A DNA stretch of 64,000 bases from an uncultured delta proteobacterium (GTDB lineage: Bacteria; Desulfobacterota; Binatia; UBA9968), in NCBI GenBank assembly GCA_963771465.1, contig CAVYTU010000018.1, forward strand, positions 1 to 64,000, written 5' to 3'. The notes under the pieces were generated by a model. The model saw only the letters and a list, made by a program, of their open reading frames with translations. It did no database searches and was not told the origin of the DNA. Below, in pieces: positions 19,200 to 29,037 of the stretch. Position 1 is the first letter of the stretch, and every line of letters begins with the position of its first letter. The position numbers and the translations under genes are program-made.

Positions 19200-20339
19200 A
19201 TGAAAAGAAAAGCTTGCTGCGTACCGGTTCTATTGCTTGTCTGGTTGGCTTTTGAGTTGGCCGGCGCGCGCGTCGATGGAGCATCGAGCGGTTTGGCCGC
19301 TGCAAAGAAGCAGTCCGAGGCCCAGGGATTCATCTTCGAGGAAAACCGCGCGGGTATCATTGCCAAGGCAAAGCAGGAGGGAGGGAAAATCCGCGTGCTC
19401 AGTTCCCTTGACCCAGAGTTGTTTCCTCATATGACCGCCGGCTTCAAGAAAAAGTACCCGTTTCTCGACGTGAACATGGTGGAGATTACCGGCCTGGACG
19501 CCAACGAGCGTTTTCTTCTAGAACTGAAGGCCGGTGTGGTAAGAGACGTCGACGTGGTTCAACTGGCGCCCGAAAGATATCCCGAATATTTACCCTACCT
19601 CAAAAAGTTCGACATCTTGGCCATGGCCGAACAGGGCGTGCTGGCGATCGAACCGAAGATGATCGATCCGAAAAACCGCGCCATTGTGAGTTTGGCCACC
19701 GTGCTGTTCGTCGGCGCCTACAACAAAAACATGCTGCCCGCTGACAAAGTGCCAACCACCTGGGATGGCTTTTTAAAGCCTGAGTTTAACGGCAGAAAGA
19801 TGATGGTGGATATACGGCCGATCATGTATTCAACTTTTGCTGCCTGCCCGGATCAGGGTATGGGGGTTGAATGGATGGTCAACTATGCGCGTAAGATCCG
19901 CGCCCAACAACCCGTCTGGGTGCGCGGTTACAGCCGGACGTTGACGGCCATGAACGCGGGTGAGTACGCGCTTCATTCCGGGGTTTATTATCACACCGTA
20001 GTGAGAATGATGCAAAAAACGCCGCAGAATAACTTGGAGCTCAAATTTATCGAGCCGGTGCCGGCGACTCTGTTCGAAGCGGAAATGGTGTTGAACTCGA
20101 GCCGCAACCCCTATGCGGGCCTGCTGTTCTTAGAGTATCAGGCCAGTGCGGAAGGGCAAAAGATCATCGATGAGCGCGAGCCGCTGAAAGCGTCTCTGTA
20201 CACTCCCGGCAGTGTGGCAGCGAAGCAACTCAAGGGGAAAAAAGTTTGCTTGAATGGCTACGACACTCTGCAACAGAGCAGCAGTTGGGAAAAAATGGCG
20301 GTCGACGCATTCGGATTTCCCGGGGCAGAGGTGAAATAG
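19200..20339 (+). CDS. ABC substrate-binding protein (Fe/thiamine-like)
   Basis: AKAKQEGG, AYNKNML, NPYAGLLFLEY. Confidence 0.8.
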   Translation: MKRKACCVPVLLLVWLAFELAGARVDGASSGLAAAKKQSEAQGFIFEENRAGIIAKAKQEGGKIRVLSSLDPELFPHMTAGFKKKYPFLDVNMVEITGLDANERFLLELKAGVVRDVDVVQLAPERYPEYLPYLKKFDILAMAEQGVLAIEPKMIDPKNRAIVSLATVLFVGAYNKNMLPADKVPTTWDGFLKPEFNGRKMMVDIRPIMYSTFAACPDQGMGVEWMVNYARKIRAQQPVWVRGYSRTLTAMNAGEYALHSGVYYHTVVRMMQKTPQNNLELKFIEPVPATLFEAEMVLNSSRNPYAGLLFLEYQASAEGQKIIDEREPLKASLYTPGSVAAKQLKGKKVCLNGYDTLQQSSSWEKMAVDAFGFPGAEVK

Positions 20340-20364
20340 TTCCGCATTTAATTGCGGCGGCGAA

Positions 20365-20550
20365 CGAACTACCCCGCAGCAAGCTGTGAGGTATCCGAAT
20401 AACGCGATGAGAATTTTAGCAAAAGCGTCACCCCCGAATGTTTTTATCGGGGGTCCAGTTCCAGACTCGCCTGGATTCCCGCTTAAGGCATGCGGGAATG
20501 ACGGAGTTCGAAAAGACGGTTAGATTAACGCAGTAATCTGCGGGGAATTA
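20365..20550. mobile_element. Nested palindromic MITE/REP-like element
   Basis: aactaccccgcagcaagctgtgaggtatc; gtcacccccga..tcgggggtccag; ctggattcccgc..gcgggaatgacg; cgcagtaatctgcggggaatt. Confidence 0.7.
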
Positions 20551-20692
20551 GTCCCAGAGCGATTGAAAAATTGTCAGCTGAATCATTTTCATTGAGTTAA
20601 CGTGCGCCGCAGGGTTCAAAGCAAATTCTTAGCATCGTTTGAAGGGGAGAGAACTATGAAAACCGAAAAATCCCTCGTGAAGGAGAGTCTTA

Positions 20693-21880
20693 ATGAAGCG
20701 CAGTAGCGACCGCATCTTGACGACCCACGTCGGCAGCCTGCCGCGCCCGGACGATCTCATACCGCTGCTGCAGGGCAGGGACGCGGGCCAACCCTACGAC
20801 CAGGCGGTGCTTGATGCGCGGGTGGCGCGGGCGGTCGATGAGGTGGCGCGGAAACAGGCCGAGCTCGGCGTCGACATCATCAACGATGGCGAGCACAACA
20901 AGTCAGTGTACTCCGGGTATCTCTGGACCCGCCTCGCCGGGTTCGAGCTGCGCGCAGCGCGTTCGCCTGAGCGTGCACCGACCCGTGACATGCTTGCCTT
21001 TCCTGCGGTCTACGCGGAGCGCCGGCTGATGTCATCCGTGCGGCCGAGGAAAACCTCCGGCGGGACGTCGCGGCCCCGAATGGTCTGCACCGGACCGGTC
21101 AGCTACGTCGGGCAGAAACACATTCTCGCCGATATAAAAAACCTTAAGGCATCCCTCGAGCGCTGCGGGGCGCAAGAGGGTTTCATGACGGCGATCTCGC
21201 CGACGCATCCGGCTAACTCCATTCCGAACGAGTACTATCGCACGGCGGAGGAGTTTCAAACGGCGCTCGCAGATGCCCTGCGGGAAGAGTACCGCGCCAT
21301 CGTCGACGCGGGTCTGGTGCTGCAAGTGGACGACCCGCTGATCGCGAACTATTATGACCATGCTCCAACGGCGACCATGGAAGAGTGCCGGAGCTACATC
21401 GCCAGCCAGGTGGAGGTCATCAACTATGCGCTGCGCGGTATTCCCCAAGAGCGCGTCCGCTTTCATACCTGCTACGGCGTAAACATCGCGCCGCGGGTCC
21501 ACGACCTCGAGCTAAAGAACTACGTCGACCTGATGCTGAAGATCAATGCCGGCGGCTATTCCATCGAGGCGTCGAATCCCCGCCACGAACACGAGTGGCA
21601 GGTATGGCAGCAGGTCAAGCTCCCGGAATCGAAGGTGTTGATTCCGGGTGTGGTGTCACACTGCATCGAGCTGGTCGAGCACCCTGAGCTGGTGGCCCAG
21701 CGCATCGTGCGCTTCGCGGGTGTGCTCGGTCGGGAGCGGGTGATTGCGTCGAACGATTGCGGCTTCGGTACGGCGAGCTCGGGTGATCAGGTGCACGAGG
21801 ACGTAGCGTGGGCCAAGCTCCAATCGCTCGCCGAAGGCGCGCGCCTGGCCTCAAAGCAGCTCTGGGGCCGCTCGGACTAG
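20693..21880 (+). CDS. Cobalamin-independent methionine synthase II family (MetE2-like)
   Basis: ILTTHVGSLPRP, INDGE, LQVDDP, HTCYG, SNDCGFG. Confidence 0.92.
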   Translation: MKRSSDRILTTHVGSLPRPDDLIPLLQGRDAGQPYDQAVLDARVARAVDEVARKQAELGVDIINDGEHNKSVYSGYLWTRLAGFELRAARSPERAPTRDMLAFPAVYAERRLMSSVRPRKTSGGTSRPRMVCTGPVSYVGQKHILADIKNLKASLERCGAQEGFMTAISPTHPANSIPNEYYRTAEEFQTALADALREEYRAIVDAGLVLQVDDPLIANYYDHAPTATMEECRSYIASQVEVINYALRGIPQERVRFHTCYGVNIAPRVHDLELKNYVDLMLKINAGGYSIEASNPRHEHEWQVWQQVKLPESKVLIPGVVSHCIELVEHPELVAQRIVRFAGVLGRERVIASNDCGFGTASSGDQVHEDVAWAKLQSLAEGARLASKQLWGRSD

Positions 21881-21902
21881 TGACGGGGAGGCCAGGGTCT
21901 GA

Positions 21903-22080
21903 CCGCTCCGTTCAAAACGTTCAAGTCGTTCAATTGCTTCGCTCAGTTCAAATTGTTCAAATAAATACAGCGACCCGTTCCAATCGTTTAATGATTCGCC
22001 AGGCTCACCACGGCGGGCTCGATCTTCCGCTCGTCCTGAGACTTGTCGAAGGATGTGCTCCGTCCAAACGTTCAAAGTCG
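21903..22080 (+). repeat. 9-mer GTTCAA array with embedded REP fragments
   Basis: cgttcaaaa cgttcaagt cgttcaatt; ttcgccaggctcacc; gtcctgagacttgtcgaagga. Confidence 0.75.
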
Positions 22081-22084
22081 AATT

Positions 22085-22160
22085 CACGGGATTTTCATCA
22101 AAACAGCAAGGGAATTGACAGCTACCCGGTCCGGCGTTATTGCTCGGGCTGGAAAAAAAA
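22085..22160 (+). promoter_or_regulatory. Repeated promoter module, copy 3
   Basis: Near-identical to 19097-19170. Confidence 0.65.
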
Positions 22161-22202
22161 ATTTCTATAGATATAATCGGCACAAGTTTAGGAGGTAAGA
22201 TC

Positions 22203-22799
22203 ATGACAACCACAATGGAGCGCCCGCTCGATGACGCGCTCACTGCAATCAAGACGCGCCGCTCAGTGAAAGAGTACCTTCCCACCGAGGTTCCTCGGGA
22301 ATGGATCGAAGAGCTGCTCGACGCCGCCCACTGGGCGCCTAACCACAAATTGACCCATCCCTGGCGTTTCCACGTGTTCTCCGGCGAGGGGCGCGAGCGC
22401 TTGGTCGGCGCCCGACAGGCGGCAGTACGTTGGTCCGCGGAGAAAAAGGGCGAGCAGGCGAGCGAAGAAGCTCTCAACTTCGCTCGGGCGAAGTGTTTTT
22501 CATCCCCCGTGCTGATCATCGTTTCCATGGTGGGCGATGATAAAAAAATAACTGACCAGGAAAACTACGCCGCCTGCTGGTGCGCGATTGAGAATCTGCT
22601 GGTCGCCGCGACCGCGCGAGGCCTGGGCAGCTATCCCAGCACGGGCGACTGGATCGACCAAAACTTCGTTGGCCCAATTCTCGGACTCACAGAGAAAGAG
22701 CGGCCGGTGGCGTGCATTTTCTTGGGGTACTCCGAGCAACAGACGATGGCCAAGCGCCTGCCGGTGGAGCGCCATACGACTTGGTACACCGAGGCTTAG
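22203..22799 (+). CDS. Nitroreductase family protein (YdjA-like)
   Basis: IKTRRSVK, AAHWAPNHKLTHPWRF, ATARGLGS. Confidence 0.9.
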   Translation: MTTTMERPLDDALTAIKTRRSVKEYLPTEVPREWIEELLDAAHWAPNHKLTHPWRFHVFSGEGRERLVGARQAAVRWSAEKKGEQASEEALNFARAKCFSSPVLIIVSMVGDDKKITDQENYAACWCAIENLLVAATARGLGSYPSTGDWIDQNFVGPILGLTEKERPVACIFLGYSEQQTMAKRLPVERHTTWYTEA

Positions 22800-22886
22800 G
22801 AAGATAAAACACGTTCAACCGTTTCACTCCGTTCAAGCCGTTCAACCCCCCGGACCTCGTCCGGGGTCCGTTAAAAACGTTTAACG
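22800..22886 (+). repeat. 9-mer GTTCAA array with hairpin
   Basis: acgttcaaccgtttcactccgttcaagccgttcaacc; ccggacctcgtccgggg. Confidence 0.75.
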
Positions 22887-22968
22887 GAATCAAAAAACTG
22901 CGCGCGCTTTGATATCTCGCTTGGCAGCATCGCGAACACATGCAGGCCGGCTGAATGTATGCGCTGCG

Positions 22969-23954
22969 CTAACGGTAGAGGTCGGCTGGGTCGTATAGCA
23001 CTTTTTCTAATTGCAGCGCGAGCCCTTCGATTTGCTCCTGCCAATAGTGCTCGGTACCGAAGTCAGGAAACGCCAGTTTGAAAGCGCTGTCTTCCCAGCG
23101 GCGCGCGATCCAGGCGGAAAAGTGAATCATGCGCAGCGCCCGCAACGGTTCGATGAGCTGCATCGTCGTCATGTCGAAAGTTCTGATCTGTTCATAGGCC
23201 TCGAGCAAGATATCGCCTTCGCTCTTTCCCGTAGTCGTCGTCTCCGCCCGTGAGCATCCAGATGTCTTGAACGGGAGGTGCGTAGAGCATGTCGTCGAAA
23301 TCGATGAAGTACGGATCGTCTCTATTCCACAAAATATTTCCGGAGTGGCAATCGCCGTGGAGCAGAACGTACTTGGACGTCCGCGAAACGAGGAGTAATC
23401 GCGTCGCAAATTTGCGTTACGATGGTTTCGAAGCGACTTGCGAGCTCCATCGGAACGAAGTGTCCGTCTTTTAAAAACTTCAAAGGGTCTCGCCCATAGG
23501 TTTGCGGATCAAGCCGTAACCGGGGAGCGGCTTTTACCGTCGCTCCGACGTTATGAAGGCGAGCCATGAACCTTCCCAGGCGCGTGAGCTGTTCCGTCGT
23601 CAGTTCCGCCTCGAGTCGCCCCGGACGCTTCGGGAAGATGGTGAACATCACTTTGTTAATTTCGAAAATACTTTGTCCCTTGTCGTCCGTGAGCGGGCAG
23701 ACGACGGGAATTTCGCTGGCTTCGAGGGCCTTCAGAAAATCGTGCTCGGCCTGAATCGTGGCGCGGCTCCAGCGGCCGGGGCGGTAAAATTTGATGATGA
23801 CGTGCGGGCCTTCTTCCATCTCGATGTCGTACACGCGGTTTTCCAGCGCATTGAGCGCGTAGAAGCGGCCCGTGCAACGGCCGCCCAATTTCTCGGCGGC
23901 GTCGAAAATGACCTCTGGAAGAATCTGCAGGAAGTTGTCTAGCATAGCCTTCAT
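22969..23954 (-). pseudogene. srkA: SrkA/RdoA-type Ser/Thr kinase with two +1 frameshifts (about 23375 and about 23220)
   Basis: LNALENRVY, KFYRPGRWS, hidden middle frame HGDCHSGNILW..IDFDD..PPVQDIWML, LRMIHFSAWIARRWED. Confidence 0.85.
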
Positions 23955-24452
23955 CCTAGACGAGCGTACTCTGCTTGTACACTCCCGTTTCGCGAATGAT
24001 TTACCGATGGTGACGTTGGCGCCTTCAACTCCGCGAAGAGCATCATGACTAACGGATTTTGAACTTGAAGCTGATTTTAAAGTTGCTCACGTTGTTTATT
24101 TCTATCACCGCGACGTGCGGCGTCTCGACGGCAGGAGCGGATTGTAAAAATATTGACCTGCCGGGTGCTCTACGCTACAAATCGTACTTAAGCTTTGGGT
24201 GGTTGCGTGAACTGGGAAGAAATACCGGGTGGTTTGGCTGGCGCTCCGCGCAAGAGGAAGTCGCGCACCGCTTCCCCACGGCAGCCGCTTTGTCGCGACA
24301 TGGGACTGGCCGCCGCCTATGCCGGATGGAAAATAAATTACGAGTTACTCGCACAGCTTGGCTCCTTGATTCACCATGGGGGCGGAGGCCCAAAAGAAGC
24401 GTGACCCGGGCGCGATTTACTTGTGTTAGCAAGGCTGGAGAGGGAGATTTCT

Positions 24453-25421
24453 ATGGCTAAGATCGTGTTCGCCTTCGGGAGTTCGCACGGGCCAACCATC
24501 GAGACGCGTCCGGAAAATTGGGACGACATCGTCGCCCGCGACATGAAAGATCCCAGATACCGGTATGAGGACTTGCTGCGCAAGGCCAGCCCTGCGATCC
24601 AAAAGGAGATTACGTTTGAGCAAAAACAACGCCGCTGGAACGCTTGCCAGGCTGCCATTGCCAAGATCACGACGATGCTGGCCGAGGCCAAACCTGATGT
24701 CGCGGTGGTTATCAGCAACCCGCACAGCATCTTGCCCGACGACACCATCGCCGTCTTCGGCGTTTTTCGCGGCGAGACTCTGGCGGGCCGAACCGCGCCC
24801 GCCGCTGAACGTCAGAGCCAAACGCGCTATTCCGGAGTCGCGCATCCACCCAAAGAACGTCACAGCCGCAGCCACAAGGGATATCCGTCTTTGGCCGAAC
24901 ATCTAATCGTCAGCCTGGTTGACGAGGGGTTCGATATCGCGTCGATGGAAAATTACCGGCCGGAGCTTGGCATCGATGATGCGTTCACCTGTTTTTACAC
25001 GCACTACCAGACCGACGCCAGCGTGCCGATGGTGCCGGTCATCGTGAGCCGTTATCCGCCCAGTCAGGCGACGCCGCGCCGCTGCTTTCAATTCGGGCAA
25101 GCCCTGCGGCGCGCTATTGACGGGTGGCCGGAGAACAAACGGGTGGCGCTCATGGCCTCGGGCGGCTTGAGCCATCAAATCCTCGACGAAGACTTTGATC
25201 ACATCGTAATTGACGCGCTCGAGAAGAAAGACTTCGAACGTCTACGCACGCTGCCGCGCGACCGATTGAACCTGGGCCCCGGGACTCCGGAGACGCTCAA
25301 CTGGGTGGCACTCGCGGCGGCGATGGATCCGGTCCCAATGACCCTGCTGGAATATCAGCCTTGCTATCGCTCGCCGGCGGGCACCGGCCACGGCATTACG
25401 TTCGGGGTATGGAAGAGTTAA
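24453..25421 (+). CDS. LigB-like class III extradiol dioxygenase subunit family
   Basis: FGSSHGP, ASGGLSHQ, YQPCYRSPAGTG. Confidence 0.85.
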   Translation: MAKIVFAFGSSHGPTIETRPENWDDIVARDMKDPRYRYEDLLRKASPAIQKEITFEQKQRRWNACQAAIAKITTMLAEAKPDVAVVISNPHSILPDDTIAVFGVFRGETLAGRTAPAAERQSQTRYSGVAHPPKERHSRSHKGYPSLAEHLIVSLVDEGFDIASMENYRPELGIDDAFTCFYTHYQTDASVPMVPVIVSRYPPSQATPRRCFQFGQALRRAIDGWPENKRVALMASGGLSHQILDEDFDHIVIDALEKKDFERLRTLPRDRLNLGPGTPETLNWVALAAAMDPVPMTLLEYQPCYRSPAGTGHGITFGVWKS

Positions 25422-25494
25422 CCCGGATGACCAGGTGCGACGTTGCTATGCATTGCGTAGCAATCTGTAATCATTCTGGTGCCGGCAAATTAGC

Positions 25495-25620
25495 AAATTC
25501 GCCACGCCGTGCGTGGCGAATCTTGGAAGCTCGCCCGTTTTAAGAAATCGAATCGCTCGAGAACAACTGGGCTGCACGCGAGCTGGAGCGGCAAATCAAC
25601 GGTCTGCTGTACGAGCGGGA
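25495..25620 (+). pseudogene. Fragment of a DUF1016/YhcG nuclease gene
   Basis: 25544-25618 reads EIESLENNWAARELERQINGLLYER. Confidence 0.7.
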
Positions 25621-25627
25621 GAAGATA

Positions 25628-25876
25628 ATGAGTATCGAGATGATACGCAAAGCACTTCTGTGGTGTGGCGTAATCAACTACGGGATACTTTTCGTGTGGT
25701 TTTTGTTTTTTATCCTGGCGCACGATGGGATGCATCTATTGCACGGCCGATGGTTTCATCTTTCACTTGAGCAGTTCGACATGCTTCACTACGCCGGGAT
25801 GTCGATCTACAAGATCGGCATTCTGCTCTTGAACGTCGTTCCCTACATTGCCCTGGACATCGCTCGTCGAGCATGA
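25628..25876 (+). CDS. Small membrane protein (DUF6868-like)
   Basis: LLWCGVINYGIL..HGRWFHLS.EQFD..HYAGM..YKIGI. Confidence 0.8.
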   Translation: MSIEMIRKALLWCGVINYGILFVWFLFFILAHDGMHLLHGRWFHLSLEQFDMLHYAGMSIYKIGILLLNVVPYIALDIARRA

Positions 25877-26006
25877 ACACGCAGCTATAAAGTTAGAGCG
25901 CACGATCAGGCATGCAAGCTCCTGCCCGACGTCCGGATTGAATGTGGCGTTTCTCCGAGCTGCTTAAAGTGCTCCCTGCACCTTCGGCATGACAATCCCG
26001 TTATTC

Positions 26007-26243
26007 TTAGTCGTTATTGCGATCTCTATCTCCACTGCGCCTTGGGTAGCGATTGTCGTCGTAGCGACCGTAACGCCAATCGTCGCGGCGATCGTAATAA
26101 CGATCATCAGCTCTATTATAGCGATCCCCACGCCGTGCGTAGTCGGAGCGATCATAGCCGTCGTAGTAACAGCCGGCGGCGAACGATGTGAGCGACGCTA
26201 AAACCGCCATCACGGCAATTGATTTAATATTATAACGTTTCAT
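26007..26243 (-). CDS. Small R/D/Y-rich lipoprotein, copy 1
   Basis: Lipobox AAGC followed by YDR-type repeats; RBS aaggag. Confidence 0.8.
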   Translation of the reverse strand: MKRYNIKSIAVMAVLASLTSFAAGCYYDGYDRSDYARRGDRYNRADDRYYDRRDDWRYGRYDDNRYPRRSGDRDRNND

Positions 26244-26287
26244 AAAAACACTCCTTGCTTATGAATTGGTGCTTGCCATGAAGTTAC

Positions 26288-26302
26288 GCAAGGCTCGTGC
26301 CG
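26288..26302 (-). promoter_or_regulatory. sigma54 -24/-12 motif
   Basis: CGGCAC-GAGCC-TTGC upstream of 26243. Confidence 0.7.
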
Positions 26303-26503
26303 ATGACGGTTAACATTCGGTAGGCTGAATATGAACTACGGTGTGCAAAAGCACAGAGTAAAAAGTATGGAGCAGTTCCCCAGTGGGAGTAGATCGTTTG
26401 GTTCGACCTTTTGGTCGAAACTGCCGACGCTTTTGACGAGCTCGGCGTTCCGCGCTGACAGGCCAAAACTCAATTTAAAGGAGAGAACTAGGGATGGCCT
26501 TAT

Positions 26504-27769
26504 TCAAGGGCGCGGCCGAAAGTATCTCAGAGCATATTCTTTATTTTCCGGATACCAGAGGTTGCCGAGATGGCCGCCGTATGGATAAAGCGTCACTTGG
26601 TCGCCCAACGCTTCTTTGAGCGCTTCGATGGATTTTCTTTCGGCCATGAAATCATCGGCGTTGTGGATGATCTGTACTTTAGGATTGCCGCGCAGCCGCG
26701 CAACGATGCGTGCTAAGGAACCACCCTGAATGAACTTTTCCAGATCGGCATCGGTGTTCCCCGCTTGCTTTTGCCATAGAGGCAAAGCGATCTTTTCGTT
26801 ATAATCCGTAAACGTGAAAGCTTTAGCTTCCTCCAGCCGTTTTCTCTTGTCGTGTTTCGGCGCGGTAAAAATCTTTTGATCGTGCATGACTTGGGTCACG
26901 TAGATCAGCTCGGGAAGCTGGCTGTGCAAATTCTCGGCGATGAGAAATTGGAGTTCTTCCGTCGTGAAGCTGGCAAACTTCTTTGCCAATCGGTCGAAGA
27001 CCGCGGGGTTGTCGCGCCCTACGTCGGAAAAGGAATCGACGACGGCAACCGCTTTCGATACGATTTGCTGGGATTTCGCACGGCCGAATTTGCTTGCCAA
27101 GGCGTTCCATTGATCGATTTTTTTGACGGCGTAAGCGAGATCGACGGGCGGGTTTACCAAAAGAAACTTATCGATGCCGATCTTTCCCTCGTCAGCGTCG
27201 ATAACGCTTAGATACGCGCCTTCAAGCCCGCCCAGACTGACCGCCATGAAATTGATCGCCGTGGGCTTGATGCCATGCCGATCTCTCAACACCGTGAGGG
27301 TTTCTTGCATGACTTCATATAAGTCCCGGGCGTCTTCCGGCGCGTACCCTGGCGCGCCCCTGCGGCTGGCCGATAATGCAAAGTTCCAGCTCATGGGCGA
27401 GGGCAAAATGACCACATGGGAGCCATCTTTATAGAACAGGCTCGCTAAGTAGGGGGCGACCCCGAAGTAGGGGTTGGATCCAAGTCCAGCGAGGATAAAA
27501 AGCAACGGCGCCGGACGGTGTTGGCGATAAAGAGCAAGACCTACGTCGCCGCGGCCTTCGAGAGCAGGCAAATTATTTCTGCCGGGGAGCCCAGGCACAT
27601 GGACGATGGTCGACGTGACGCTCGCCGTGGCGCCGTCATCGCTCAAAATAGCGGTCGTCGCAGTCGCTAAGTAGGGGTCATGATAGGGATACTTATAATC
27701 CGCGGCGTCGATTGAATGGGTCAAAAGACCCAACGTGGCCAGTGCCGCCAGCGCGAAATGAAAGCGCAT
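26504..27769 (-). CDS. Secreted alpha/beta hydrolase, copy 1
   Basis: Signal peptide, AVSLGG elbow, HNADD, GGHLGN. Confidence 0.8.
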   Translation of the reverse strand: MRFHFALAALATLGLLTHSIDAADYKYPYHDPYLATATTAILSDDGATASVTSTIVHVPGLPGRNNLPALEGRGDVGLALYRQHRPAPLLFILAGLGSNPYFGVAPYLASLFYKDGSHVVILPSPMSWNFALSASRRGAPGYAPEDARDLYEVMQETLTVLRDRHGIKPTAINFMAVSLGGLEGAYLSVIDADEGKIGIDKFLLVNPPVDLAYAVKKIDQWNALASKFGRAKSQQIVSKAVAVVDSFSDVGRDNPAVFDRLAKKFASFTTEELQFLIAENLHSQLPELIYVTQVMHDQKIFTAPKHDKRKRLEEAKAFTFTDYNEKIALPLWQKQAGNTDADLEKFIQGGSLARIVARLRGNPKVQIIHNADDFMAERKSIEALKEALGDQVTLYPYGGHLGNLWYPENKEYALRYFRPRP

Positions 27770-27868
27770 GTGAAAAACTCCTTGCTGCTTGTTTCGGTTC
27801 CATGTTAGCGCCGAGAGAAGGGGCGGATAGGGGATCAGACTATTGTTTCTCGACTTTCTTTCAAATGA

Positions 27869-28054
27869 TTATTCCCGGGGCAGAAACATTTTGATTTTAG
27901 CGACGGTGTCGTCAAAGGCATTCTTGATTTTTCCCAGAGCGCTGTCGTCTGGCTTTGGTTTCATGGCGACTTTCGTCCGGATTGAATCGCGCTTCCTGGC
28001 GCGTGATTTCTTCGGGCTGGCCTTTTTCGGCGTGGTCTTGGTTTTGTTTCGCAT
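27869..28054 (-). CDS. Small Lys/Arg-rich protein
   Basis: RBS aaggag; KTTPKKASPKKSRARK. Confidence 0.6.
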   Translation of the reverse strand: MRNKTKTTPKKASPKKSRARKRDSIRTKVAMKPKPDDSALGKIKNAFDDTVAKIKMFLPRE

Positions 28055-28162
28055 CTATTCGGTCTCCTTCATCTTACGTCAAACGATCATCATCAGGCCA
28101 AGCGAGGGTGAAGGGAATCAGATTTGATGAGAGCGTGTTATGTCAGAACTCCAAATCTTCGC

Positions 28163-28357
28163 CTAGTAAAGGGTAACTGCTATCTCTACCGGTCTTTTGC
28201 GGCGCTCGTAGTCAGTGCGGGTTATTCTTTGTTCGCGATGAACGTCTTCCAGCTGGTTCAGCTGGTAATAGGTGTTAGAGTCGTCGCTTCCATGGAATTG
28301 GCAACCCCATTGACCGAGTGCGATTACGAGCGCTAATAGGACCATTAATTTTCGCAT
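28163..28357 (-). CDS. Small lipoprotein
   Basis: MRK..LLALVIALGQWGC; RBS aaggagg. Confidence 0.7.
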   Translation of the reverse strand: MRKLMVLLALVIALGQWGCQFHGSDDSNTYYQLNQLEDVHREQRITRTDYERRKRPVEIAVTLY

Positions 28358-28632
28358 CTCAACCTCCTTTGGTTGGACCGATTAGGAGGGGAATTGGATA
28401 TCCCATGCCTAGAATCGCTTAAACTCTACGCTGACTGGAGAGGGATTACTGTCTAATAGGGGACCGAGTCTTGAAAAGAATTATCGAGTCTTCTAGCTAA
28501 AAGGCGCGTGGTGAAGCGGGATTCACAGGGTCGCATCGTTCAAATAACCACTTTAGCCTCTCTTGGCCGCCTACCACGGGAATCGATGTGGCTAGACTGA
28601 AATAGTCATCTTGGAGGATCGCGCTCCCGTTC

Positions 28633-28890
28633 TTAGGCTTTGTTGGGGCTCGAGTGCTCGGTATCGGGCCAAAAATTGAGGCTATGCAAAGCTTCGCGAA
28701 TGGGCTGGAGCAGTTTGGGTTGTGGGCCGGGCATGCCTTCTTCTTCCGCGACTTCCATGGCCGTCGCGTCCTGTTCCCATCGTTGCAGGATTTCAATTTT
28801 TTGTTCGCGCGACAATTCTCGCTTTGAAGCGACTTCTTGAGGGCTCTTAAAAGTGGCTGCGGGGTTGAGTTTGGCTTTTTCGAAATCCAT
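28633..28890 (-). CDS. Small hypothetical protein, intact copy
   Basis: RBS ggagg; duplicate of 18028..18276. Confidence 0.8.
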   Translation of the reverse strand: MDFEKAKLNPAATFKSPQEVASKRELSREQKIEILQRWEQDATAMEVAEEEGMPGPQPKLLQPIREALHSLNFWPDTEHSSPNKA

Positions 28891-29037
28891 TTTACTTCCT
28901 CCGGTTTTTTTCTATTCCATGATACCGCTGGGAAAAAATAATAATCACGACTTTGAGCCGGCTACGATCCATGGGATACTTTACACTCTAAGCATGGTCC
29001 GAGAGGACTTCAGTTCAATATGAGACAAAGTCACCCC

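Noticed and set aside
20656-20706. 16-codon ORF overlapping the metE2 start as a leader peptide
   Set aside because: No Met/Cys enrichment or attenuator hairpin; probably a leftover start.
21903-22886. CRISPR array from GTTCAA repeats
   Set aside because: Period is about 9 nt with no unique spacers, and there are no cas genes.
24009-24055. Fluoride-riboswitch-like GGTGACGTTGGCGCC...ATGACTAACG
   Set aside because: The AUG core and second stem do not fit the consensus, and no fluoride-related gene follows. An Rfam search would settle it.
25914-25928. Minus-strand sigma54-like motif CGGGCA-GGAGC-TTGC
   Set aside because: No credible downstream gene on that strand.
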